A stretch of 32,000 nucleotides of DNA from NCBI GenBank assembly GCA_000025185.1, contig CP001848.1, forward strand, positions 5,850,001 to 5,882,000, written 5' to 3'. Shown piece after piece: positions 1 to 7,642 of the stretch (positions are counted from its first letter, which is position 1; the number at the start of each line of letters is the position of its first letter). The notes beneath the pieces were generated by a model. The model saw only the letters and a list, made by a program, of their open reading frames with translations. It was not told the DNA's origin and did not search any database. The position numbers were made by a program, and so were the translations under genes. Source of the stretch: Pirellula staleyi DSM 6068. Its GTDB lineage: Bacteria; Planctomycetota; Planctomycetia; Pirellulales; Pirellulaceae.

Positions 1-754
1 ATTCGCGCACGCTCGGAAAGGGGCGCGTGTATTGCCGCTCGAACTGAATGCGGAGCAAATTGAGGACGTCGCAGCGAGGCAGAATTTCATCGAGGCTGTA
101 GGCCACTTCGACCCCAAACTGCTCCCATCGCTTCGAGACCAGCGTCGAGGGGCCACACACAATCACGTGCGCACCCAGCTTCTTGAGGCCCCAGATGTTC
201 GACCGCGCGGTGCGGCTGTGAGCAATGTCTCCCACAAGCGCCACAGTCAGCCCTTGCAAATTCGGGCGCCGCTGACGAATCGTCAGGATGTCGAGCAAAC
301 CTTGCGTTGGATGTTCGTGGGGACCGTCGCCTGCGTTGATCACGCTGCAATCGAGGTTGCTGGCCAACAGCTGCGGCGTGCCAGGAGTTCGATGCCGAAT
401 CACCACCGCCGAGACGTTCATCGCCTCGATATTTTTGGCGGTATCGATGACCGTCTCCCCTTTAGCCGTACTGCTGCCTGACGACGAAAACTCCACCGTA
501 TCGGCCCCGAGGCGACGCGCGGCCAGCGAGAAGCTGTTCCGTGTGCGAGTGCTGTTTTCGAAGAACAGGTTGGCGAGCGTGTGGCCCGTCAGGACCTGAA
601 TCTTTTTTCGGCAGCCGTCGGTGGCAGTTCGAAAATGCTCGGCGTAGTCAAGAATGCAGGTGAGTTCTTCGGCCGACAGCGACTCAAGATCGAGCAAATG
701 CGACCGCTTCCAAACGGGTGGGAGCGACGCAAACGCGTGGAGGATGTCTGTCAT
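1..754 (-). CDS. pyrB: Aspartate carbamoyltransferase catalytic subunit, N-terminal ~251 codons (C-terminus runs off the window start)
   Basis: This gene is missing from the ORF track because it has no stop in the window. My minus-strand translation from the ATG at 754 reads [31 protein letters not shown] ... [19 protein letters not shown] ... [52 protein letters not shown] and HPTQ are the ATCase/OTCase signature motifs. The + ORFs 32..481 and 288..599 are its mirror frames. Confidence 0.9.
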   Translation of the reverse strand, partial: MTDILHAFASLPPVWKRSHLLDLESLSAEELTCILDYAEHFRTATDGCRKKIQVLTGHTLANLFFENSTRTRNSFSLAARRLGADTVEFSSSGSSTAKGETVIDTAKNIEAMNVSAVVIRHRTPGTPQLLASNLDCSVINAGDGPHEHPTQGLLDILTIRQRRPNLQGLTVALVGDIAHSRTARSNIWGLKKLGAHVIVCGPSTLVSKRWEQFGVEVAYSLDEILPRCDVLNLLRIQFERQYTRPFPSVRE

Positions 755-898
755 CGAGCGTGGTGGAGAGCCAGAGTTCAGAAGCCGATCGTTCGCGCGT
801 AGGTGGCTAGGACGACCAGGGCAGATGACGCGTCGAGAATTCTAGGACCCGCCTCCCCTTCTCGCAAGGACCGAGAGGTCGGAGGGCTCATTCGGCGG

Positions 899-1210
899 CT
901 AATCCGGAACATGCCCCAGTTTGGTGAGATCGACCTGAGCCGAGGTGAGGCGGTTGTTCTCGAGTGCGACGGTAACGAAAAAGTCTTTCTGGCAGAGGTG
1001 GCATTCGCAGTAACCTTCGACGAGCAGCAGCGCTGCGCCGAGCTGATCGGCAGACGAAACGGGCTCGCGAAGCATGCGGGGATAGTCGTCGCCAAGCTTC
1101 AAATGCAACTGATTCGCAGTGTTGCCGTGGCGCAGCTCGATCTCCATTTCCCCCTGCTTTCCGCAGCGCGGACAGGTGAGCAAAGCCGCCAGCGTATTGA
1201 AGGTTCCCAT
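899..1210 (-). CDS. Small hypothetical protein with two CxxC pairs (putative zinc ribbon)
   Basis: This is ORF 899..1261 (GTG start), trimmed to the ATG at 1210 (MGTFNTLAALLTCPRCGKQGEMEIEL...YCECHLCQKDFF...). The CPRC and CECHLC motifs suggest a Zn ribbon. The minus frame looks more protein-like than the overlapping R-rich + frame 803..1225. I recognise no family. Confidence 0.45.
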   Translation of the reverse strand: MGTFNTLAALLTCPRCGKQGEMEIELRHGNTANQLHLKLGDDYPRMLREPVSSADQLGAALLLVEGYCECHLCQKDFFVTVALENNRLTSAQVDLTKLGHVPD

Positions 1211-1376
1211 CGGGTCGCCCCATGATTTCTGCGTCTCGGAACGACTCCGGTAGTCACTCACGAGGCCAGGATAGCCTACGACGAAGTGGCGCGACTATCT
1301 AGAAGTTCAGGCGACGGGCGGGTATGTTCGCGGGACTCGGATTGGTAGTTTTTCTCACCTTAGTGGAGATTCTAGG

Positions 1377-2393
1377 ATGCGTAAGTTGGCAATGTTGGTG
1401 AGCACACTGGTGCTCGGCGGAGCGATGCTGATGACGAGCATGGTGACAGCAGAAGAGTCGGCCAAGCTGGAAGCGGGGGACCGAATTGTGTTCCTCGGCG
1501 ACTCGATCACGCAGCAAGGAGCTGGCAAAGAGGGTTACGTGACGATGGTCGCCGAGGCCCTCGCGAAAGATCATGCCGATCTGAAGATCGAAGTGATTGG
1601 GGCGGGGATCAGTGGTCACAAAGTGCCGAACCTCGAAGCGCGTCTCGATAAGGACGTCCTCGACAAGAATCCGACGAAAGTGATCATCTACATCGGCATC
1701 AACGATGTATGGCACTCGCAAAGTGGCCGCGGCACGTCGAAGGAAGATTTCGAGGCGGGACTGGGCCGCTTGATCACCCGTATCCGCGAAAAGGGAGCGA
1801 CTCCCCTTCTCTGCACCGCCAGCGTGATCGGTGAAAAGACCGACGGCTCGAACGACCTCGACACGATGCTGGCCGAATACTGCGAAATCTCGCGCAAAGT
1901 GGCTGCTGCTAACAAAGTGCAGCTGATCGACCTGAACAAGGCTTTTTGGGAACACATCAAGGCCAACAACCCCGAGAACAAGGATCGCGGCATTCTGACT
2001 GGCGATCGCGTGCACCTGAACAAAGCAGGCAATGCGTTTGTCGCCAAGCAGATGCTCGCAGCCCTGGGGGCCGCAACGGAAACCAAGCAGACCCTCCGCC
2101 ATGTCGTGCTGTTTAAGTTCAAGGACGATGTGACGAAGGAGCAGGTGCAAGAGGTGGTGGATGCTTTCGCGGCTTTGCCTGCAAAGATCCCCACGATCAC
2201 CGGTTTTGAATGGGGAACCGATGTGAGCATCGAAAACAAGGCCGCCGGTTTCACGCACGGCTTTGTGGTGTCGTTTGCCACCGCCAAAGATCGGGACGAC
2301 TATATCCCGCACCCTGCTCACGCCGAGTTTGTGAAGTTGGTTGGCCCGCGACTCGACAACGTACTGGTGTTCGACTTCTTTCTCGGCAAATAG
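1377..2393 (+). CDS. Secreted SGNH/GDSL hydrolase fused to a C-terminal Dabb (stress-responsive alpha/beta-barrel) domain
   Basis: There is an N-terminal signal-like segment (MRKLAMLVSTLVLGGAMLMTSMVTA). SGNH blocks are present: FLGDSIT, GINDVW and GDRVHLN. The C-terminal ~95 aa (LRHVVLFKFKDDVTKEQVQEVVDAF...GFTHGFVVSFATAKDRDDYIPHPAHAEF) matches the Dabb pattern. A GGAG-like RBS lies at 1363-1368. Confidence 0.8.
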   Translation: MRKLAMLVSTLVLGGAMLMTSMVTAEESAKLEAGDRIVFLGDSITQQGAGKEGYVTMVAEALAKDHADLKIEVIGAGISGHKVPNLEARLDKDVLDKNPTKVIIYIGINDVWHSQSGRGTSKEDFEAGLGRLITRIREKGATPLLCTASVIGEKTDGSNDLDTMLAEYCEISRKVAAANKVQLIDLNKAFWEHIKANNPENKDRGILTGDRVHLNKAGNAFVAKQMLAALGAATETKQTLRHVVLFKFKDDVTKEQVQEVVDAFAALPAKIPTITGFEWGTDVSIENKAAGFTHGFVVSFATAKDRDDYIPHPAHAEFVKLVGPRLDNVLVFDFFLGK

Positions 2394-2433
2394 TCCCAAG
2401 ATTACCGACAAGTAATTTCACGTCAAAAGCAGC

Positions 2434-2478
2434 ATGCCCATCATTCGATCACTAGCAGATCGTTTGATGGGCATTTTC
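2434..2478. terminator. Bidirectional Rho-independent terminator between the convergent SGNH gene and glnK
   Basis: A perfect inverted repeat, atgcccatca (2434-2443) / tgatgggcat (2465-2474), has an inner cgatc/gatcg pairing. It is followed by tttt on the + strand, and preceded by aaaa, which reads as a T-run on the minus strand. Confidence 0.7.
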
Positions 2479-2526
2479 ATGCGCCAGAAGTGAACGCTGC
2501 GCAATCAGTGGTGCTCGAACCACGAC

Positions 2527-2874
2527 CTAGATCGCTTCGCCACCACGTTCGCCCGTGCGAATGCGAACACAGTCGTCCATCGGCAGGACGAAAATCTTTC
2601 CATCGCCAATCTGACCAGTCTCGCCGCTTCGTCCACCCCGAATGATGGCGTTGATGGTCGGCTCGACAAAATCGTCGTTCACGGCGATTTGCAGCTGCAC
2701 TTTGCGGAGGAGATTCACTTTGTATTCTTGGCCCCGATAGAGCTCGGTCTGCCCCTTTTGGCGGCCGAAACCCTGGCAATCCATCACGGTGAGCCGGAAG
2801 ACTTCCACCTCGGTGAGGGCGGCTTTGACTTCCTCGAGTTTGCCGGGCTGAATGATGGCAATGATGAGCTTCAT
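2527..2874 (-). CDS. glnK: PII nitrogen regulatory protein
   Basis: The 115-aa product reads MKLIIAIIQPGKLEEVKAAL...GFGRQKGQTELYRGQEYKV (T-loop with the conserved Tyr)...GDGKIFV. It lies downstream of an ammonium transporter on the same strand. Confidence 0.9.
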   Translation of the reverse strand: MKLIIAIIQPGKLEEVKAALTEVEVFRLTVMDCQGFGRQKGQTELYRGQEYKVNLLRKVQLQIAVNDDFVEPTINAIIRGGRSGETGQIGDGKIFVLPMDDCVRIRTGERGGEAI

Positions 2875-2980
2875 GAGCGGTGGCTAGTCAATCGCTGCGA
2901 GCAAGTTGGGGAGGGAGAGGTGTGAGCAAAAGCTCTGGCAATGGTCGCCCAAGGACCACGCTTAGGATGCCGAATTATAA

Positions 2981-2997
2981 TGCAATCGGAGTGCCAA
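2981..2997 (-). promoter_or_regulatory. Sigma-54 (RpoN) -24/-12 promoter upstream of glnK
   Basis: The minus strand reads TTGGCAC-tccga-TTGCA, which matches the consensus TGGCAC-N5-TTGCW with exact spacing. It lies about 106 nt upstream of the glnK ATG (2874). Confidence 0.7.
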
Positions 2998-3203
2998 GAG
3001 CGTTTGCGAAACTCAATTGTAGTCGGAACGCTGGAAAGATGCAGCCGCGCGAGGGATGTTGCCGGCGCTAGAAGTTTCGAAGTGCCAACAAAAATACCCC
3101 GCCGCTGGTGCGACGGGGCATATGGTGGCATCAGGCCGGGACCCGATGCATTTCGCCTGAAAGTTTCACATGCAGGGCCGAGGTGTGTTTAAAACACCCC
3201 GGC

Positions 3204-3232
3204 CTGGATGGGCGAGGCGGACGCCCATCCAG
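3204..3232 (-). terminator. Stem-loop downstream of amt (possible terminator or processing structure)
   Basis: A perfect 11-bp inverted repeat, ctggatgggcg / cgcccatccag, has a 7-nt loop. A second imperfect hairpin abuts it at 3176-3204. There is no clean U-tract, so its function is uncertain. Confidence 0.3.
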
Positions 3233-3383
3233 ACCATTGGGGTATCCTTCTGGCCCAGGCAAGAGCCGAAGTGCTCCCACATGAACGACTGATCCGAGAC
3301 AGCCTCGTCTCCTGAGGCATCACCCGCTGCCCGAGGCGCCAGAGTCTTGTGGACTAACCGACGCTCGGACAACTGGTAGGGTT

Positions 3384-4949
3384 TCACACCGCTTCCGTGC
3401 TCGGTTTGCCAGCTGGTACGGTCGAGCCTGACATGCCAACGCTGTGCATGCCCGACGAACCTGGCGTGTGTTCGAGCGATACGATGCCTTGTGGATAGGC
3501 ATACATACCGTGCTCGGTGATATCGAGACCAAGGATTTCTTCTTCAGCATCGACGCGGAGAACACCACAAGCCTTCATCGCAAAGAACATGACCAGCGAA
3601 GTGCCGAGTGCCCAAACCCCGATGACAGCAGTGCCAATGACCTGGATCACGATGAAGTCGGTGCGGGTGACACCTTCAGCGAGATCGCCGAAGATGCCAG
3701 TAGCAACACCGGCCCACATGCCGCAGATGCCGTGTACAGGGAAGGCACCGACAGGATCGTCAACGCCAACCTTGTCGAGCAGCACGATGCCGAGAACGAC
3801 GAGCACGCCAGCTACACCACTGATGATGAACGATTCACCGTAGGTTATGATGTGGCAGTTAGCAGTCACTGCAACAAGACCAGCAAGAGTTCCGTTGAGG
3901 GCCATCGTGAGATCTGGCTTCTTGAACAAGCCCCACGAGAAGATCATCGAAACAACGCCGCCGAAGCAGCCTGCGAGAAGCGTGTTTACGGCTACTTTAG
4001 CGACCAGGTCAACGTTGGCCTTGCCCACGAAAGCAAGTTGGCTACCAGGGTTAAAACCGAACCAACCGATGACCAGGATGAACACACCCAGAGCCACGTA
4101 TGGAATGTTGTGACCAGGCATGGCCTGAGCCTTGCCGTTGATGAACTTGCCAATGCGTGGGCCGAGAGCGATGGCACCGGCCAAACCGGCCAGACCACCG
4201 ACCGAGTGCACGACGACCGAACCGGCGAAGTCGACGAAGCCTTTGTCGTGCAACCAGCCGTAACCCCACTTCCACGAACCACTGATGGGGTAGATCACAG
4301 CCGAGATGATCACGGTGTAGATCAAATAAGCAGGGAACTTGATACGACCGGCAACCGAACCCGACACGATGGTGGCGGCGGTAGCGGCGAAAGCAGCTTG
4401 GAACAGGAAGTCGAAGTCGCTTGTGAGGTTAGCAGCAACGGGGTCACCCGTTTCAGCTCCGATGCCCCAACCAGCGAAACCGAAGTATTCGCCGACGATC
4501 CAAGCGTCGCCTGGATACATGATGCCGTAGCCGCAGATGAAGTAGAGAACGGCACCGATGCACATGTCCATGAAGTTCTTGAACATGATGTTCACGGCGT
4601 TCTTCGAAGCATTGAGACCGGTTTCGACGAGAGCGAAACCAGCTTGCATGAAGAGGACGAGAACGGCACAGATGAAGAGAATGAAGTTGTCGAATGCGTA
4701 TTCGATTTCATTTCCGCCGTAGGCAGCGGCCAGAGGGGCAGCAGGAGCAGCCTCTTCAGCGGCTGGTTCTGCAGGGGTTTCAGCGGCTGGTGTTTCAGCA
4801 GCGGGCTCGGCTGGTGTTTCAGCAGGAGCTTCGGCAGCGGGGGTTTCCGCTGGAGGTGTCGCTTCTTGGCCGTAAGCAGTGACGGCAAACGAGGTACATA
4901 GCAGCAGGGCCAGAAACATTCCGGCCCAGGAGAACGAACTTCGACTCAT
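3384..4949 (-). CDS. amt: Ammonium transporter (Amt family) with signal peptide and low-complexity N-terminal linker
   Basis: ORF 3384..5096 is trimmed to the ATG at 4949 (MSRSSFSWAGMFLALLLCTSFAVTAYG, signal-like). The body has multiple TM segments with Amt motifs (AGLVAVTANC, DDPVGAFPVHGICGMWAG). The 485-aa + ORF 3444..4901 is its mirror frame. Confidence 0.9.
   Translation of the reverse strand: MSRSSFSWAGMFLALLLCTSFAVTAYGQEATPPAETPAAEAPAETPAEPAAETPAAETPAEPAAEEAAPAAPLAAAYGGNEIEYAFDNFILFICAVLVLFMQAGFALVETGLNASKNAVNIMFKNFMDMCIGAVLYFICGYGIMYPGDAWIVGEYFGFAGWGIGAETGDPVAANLTSDFDFLFQAAFAATAATIVSGSVAGRIKFPAYLIYTVIISAVIYPISGSWKWGYGWLHDKGFVDFAGSVVVHSVGGLAGLAGAIALGPRIGKFINGKAQAMPGHNIPYVALGVFILVIGWFGFNPGSQLAFVGKANVDLVAKVAVNTLLAGCFGGVVSMIFSWGLFKKPDLTMALNGTLAGLVAVTANCHIITYGESFIISGVAGVLVVLGIVLLDKVGVDDPVGAFPVHGICGMWAGVATGIFGDLAEGVTRTDFIVIQVIGTAVIGVWALGTSLVMFFAMKACGVLRVDAEEEILGLDITEHGMYAYPQGIVSLEHTPGSSGMHSVGMSGSTVPAGKPSTEAV
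4734..4868 (-). repeat. Imperfect ~24-nt tandem repeats encoding a Pro/Ala/Glu/Thr linker inside amt
   Basis: The + strand shows reiterated ggctggtgtttcagcag-like units. The encoded peptide is QEATPPAETPAAEAPAETPAEPAAETPAAETPAEPAAEEAAPAAP, immediately after the signal peptide. Confidence 0.75.
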
Positions 4950-5090
4950 CTTGGTTTCGCCTGGAGATGGATGGTGAGAAAGCCAACTATCCGCGACCTG
5001 GAGGTTCGCGGTACGCCTTGATCGAAAGCCACACGCATGGGGCGGGATCCCAGTGCCCGATGCGTACGCAATCGAATTGGGCCACGCAGA

Positions 5091-5108
5091 TTGCAATCAA
5101 TGTGCCAA
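5091..5108 (-). promoter_or_regulatory. Sigma-54 (RpoN) -24/-12 promoter upstream of amt
   Basis: The minus strand reads TTGGCAC-attga-TTGCAA, an exact consensus with exact spacing. It lies about 142 nt upstream of the amt ATG (4949). Confidence 0.7.
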
Positions 5109-5504
5109 CAGCTGGCAGAAGAGTTGCTGTCGGGTTGCCGCGAGAATGGCAAAGTTACGAGTTCGTAAGGCTTTAGGCGCGATAGCCCATTTCCAGTTTT
5201 TTGTAGCTCGCGAGATTCCCCAAGAGCCGGTGCGCGAGAGTTTAGCACCAGGGGATTAGAAACAAGGCACGGCTGGTGCGCGGGACGCCTAAAGAGAGCC
5301 GCACCGTGGGTCGCGAACTGCTGAAATCTAGCACGCTAGAAGCTGCAGCGCGAAAAACTGGTCATTGGGTCCGCTAGTTTTCCGCGCAGGTGGTGCGAGA
5401 TCGTGCATCAGATACCGGGTGCCAAGTGCTAGCAACGGGAACTCATCTACCCCCAATCTTTATGCTGGGTGAGTTGATCCCACACAAATAGAAATCGAAC
5501 GGTC

Positions 5505-5563
5505 AAGAAAAAGACCAACCGCCGGAAACTGACTTTCGTGAGAAAGAGCTTCCGGCGGTTGGT
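5505..5563 (-). terminator. Rho-independent terminator after the porin gene
   Basis: A 14-bp stem, accaaccgccggaa (5514-5527) / ttccggcggttggt (5550-5563), has an inner ctttc/gaaag pairing. On the minus strand it is followed by ctttttctt. Confidence 0.75.
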
Positions 5564-5713
5564 TATTCAAACGATCGCGATCTGATCTCTTATCCAGCTC
5601 AGCCAGGGAGTCTCGCTGAGCTTCCAGGGGCTTGGCCGTGGCACTTCTGGTGTGTGGGAGACAGGGGCGGTCCTGTGCTCCCGAAGTGATTCTGGCCAGA
5701 GCCACATCGGGGA

Positions 5714-7078
5714 TTAGAAGATGTAGATGGCGTCGAAACCGTACAGGAACTGGTAGCTGTCGGTACCAGCGTTGAATGGCAGGAGGCCAGTCGTTTCGTC
5801 GAGGTCGGTCCAGTCGTAGCGAACTTCTGGGCGGATCGTCAGGTTGGCGGTTGGGGTCCAGTTGAGACCAGCCGACACAGCCATGAAGTCGCCAGCAAAG
5901 CCTTGACCTGCAACCGTATTGCCTTGACGCAGACCGGTCACGCGGGCACCGTCGTCGTCGCGGAACCATTCAAATCGCATGCCGGCCTTCCAGCAGTCGT
6001 TGATGGTATAGAACAGGTATTGGTTGACGCCGTACCATTCAGCCGAGGCACCAGCGTTCGACAGGCCAGGGTTGGCACCGTCGAGTTGGTAGCCTTGATC
6101 GCTCTGAAACACGTAGGTGAGGCTGTCGCTCACGTTGTACGTCACCACAATGCTCTGCATGTTGCGGTTGCTGATGCCACCGTTGAGGTTCGGTTCATCG
6201 GGGCTAACAATCGCACCGTAGGCAATCGTCAGGTCGCAGCCGTTGGTCCAGGTGAAGCCAAACAAGCCAGCAGCGGTGTCGATCGGACGATCGAACGCAT
6301 CCCAGCCGTTCACAACACCACCGACAATCGACGTGCTGTCGCTGTACTTGTACGTGGCCAATGCACCGGTGTGGGTGAAGGGCTCGCCGTACTGCATGGT
6401 GTAGGCGTGGGTGTAGAAGAAGTTGCCGGTAGCAGGAACCACTTCGTAACCAATGTTGGTGTAGAAGTGACCGAGCTTAACCGACAGATCGTTGTAACCC
6501 ACTTCCATGTACGCTTGGGGCATCGCCAGACCGTATTCGTCGGTCGCGTTGCTCCATTGTGGTGCAAACGTGGTTGGGTCGGTTTCCAGACCTTGAGCGG
6601 TCGTGAAGAAGAAGTCGCTTCCGTAAAGGAAGTCAACTCGTCCACCGATGTCCCAACCGCATCCGCCCGTGTCGATCGTGTTTTCGAGCGTCACGTACAG
6701 CTGGTTGAACTGACCTTGATCTTGGTCAGCAAAGGTCGTCACGCCGTTGAAGTTGTCAGCAGCAGGACGGCCGTTAGCCATCACACCACCCGAGGCATGA
6801 CCGTAGATGTTCCAGCCACATTCCTTCTGGCAGAACAGACGCCATGGCTCGCATTCTTCCTCTTCCGCTGCTTCTTCGCAGGCGGCACAAGGTGCAGGAG
6901 CAACAGCAGCTGCTGGTGGAGCCATGTCGCTAGGCGAGGTGGCTTCCGGTTGATAATAGTAGTAGTCGTTGGCGTAAGTCACCGGCTGAACTGCAGTGCC
7001 CGGTGTCTGTGCCTGTGCGTTAGCCGCGTAGATGCTCCAAGCAACGGCGGCTGCGAAGGCCAGCTTCGAAAGTTTCAT
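5714..7078 (-). CDS. Outer-membrane beta-barrel protein (putative porin; resembles the planctomycete BBP7-type family)
   Basis: ORF 5714..7180 is trimmed to the ATG at 7078, which has a GGGGAG RBS. There is a signal peptide (MKLSKLAFAAAVAWSIYAANAQA). The sequence is rich in alternating aromatic/Gly residues and ends ...YGFDAIYIF, the terminal Phe typical of OMPs. The family assignment is by resemblance only. Confidence 0.65.
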   Translation of the reverse strand: MKLSKLAFAAAVAWSIYAANAQAQTPGTAVQPVTYANDYYYYQPEATSPSDMAPPAAAVAPAPCAACEEAAEEEECEPWRLFCQKECGWNIYGHASGGVMANGRPAADNFNGVTTFADQDQGQFNQLYVTLENTIDTGGCGWDIGGRVDFLYGSDFFFTTAQGLETDPTTFAPQWSNATDEYGLAMPQAYMEVGYNDLSVKLGHFYTNIGYEVVPATGNFFYTHAYTMQYGEPFTHTGALATYKYSDSTSIVGGVVNGWDAFDRPIDTAAGLFGFTWTNGCDLTIAYGAIVSPDEPNLNGGISNRNMQSIVVTYNVSDSLTYVFQSDQGYQLDGANPGLSNAGASAEWYGVNQYLFYTINDCWKAGMRFEWFRDDDGARVTGLRQGNTVAGQGFAGDFMAVSAGLNWTPTANLTIRPEVRYDWTDLDETTGLLPFNAGTDSYQFLYGFDAIYIF

Positions 7079-7642
7079 GTGCGAACTCCCCAATCCATGG
7101 AAGAACGGTTTTGCAAAATCAGCAGGGCGACGCAATCCGAACGCCGCTAGGTATGCCTGTAGGTAGATGGTGCTGAGCATGCGGTCGGCATGATCGGAAG
7201 GGAGAGTACTCCGCTGCCAACTCCCAGCACTCCTTACATCGGAAAACCAGCGAGAACCGGTCTATCGGAAACAGTAGCCAAATCCGCTACGAGTGGGTCA
7301 AAAGTCGCTCACCGTGTTAAAGCTTGCGGCTGGTAACGCTCGTAGCGCCCCTACAATCGGAAGTGAGACTAAAGGGGGGCTCGGAAGGTGCTGGAGGGAG
7401 ACTTTGAAAGCATCAGAATCGCGCTGAACGTGGCTTCCAAGCCCGCGCGTAAAGCTGCCGGAATGCTACGATTCCCTACCACTGCTACAAATGGTGCGAG
7501 CCGCATAATCGGCACAGATTAACAGTGGCCTGCAGCGATGGCAGAGCTGCCACGATCCACGCGGAAGGACTTCCCGGAGTGCGTTGCTGCCGCAGTGCTC
7601 CAGAATGAACCGGCGGTTCGAAAAATCGAACCAGCGCCCGCT

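Noticed and set aside
803-1225. A 140-aa + ORF overlapping the small zinc-ribbon ORF.
   Set aside because: It is Arg-rich and low in complexity ([28 protein letters not shown]...). The minus frame has the more protein-like sequence and the paired CxxC motifs. Neither frame is strongly supported.
3444-4901. A 485-aa + strand ORF, one of the longest in the track.
   Set aside because: It is the exact mirror frame of the well-supported amt gene. Its sequence is D/E/H/T/R-rich and low in information, with no motifs. This is a typical antisense ORF in GC-rich DNA.
3066-5341. A shared 9-mer, CGCTAGAAG, upstream of both sigma-54 promoters (3066-3074 and 5333-5341) as a common enhancer half-site.
   Set aside because: The distances to the promoters differ (about 70 nt against about 225 nt). 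A 9-mer match between two ~350-nt regions is close to a coin-flip by chance, so this is insufficient evidence.
5903-7150. A 415-aa + ORF opposite the porin. It stands for a group of similar long antisense ORFs: 1299..2411(-), 7538..8896(+), 13083..13847(+), 15704..16837(-), 19595..20227(-), 21590..22408(-), 22932..23789(-), 23690..24487(-) and 29564..30109(-).
   Set aside because: Each lies opposite a gene with clear family motifs. The products are Arg/Gly/Val/His-rich with no recognisable domains. They are shadow ORFs of high-GC coding regions.
7079-7642. A search for a third sigma-54 promoter upstream of the porin.
   Set aside because: Only partial matches were found, such as TTGGCAG-cggag-tact and TTGGAAG-ccacg-ttca. 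All lack the -12 GC element. The TGGCAG-AG-CTGCCA palindrome at 7539-7552 looks like a repeat or operator rather than a promoter.
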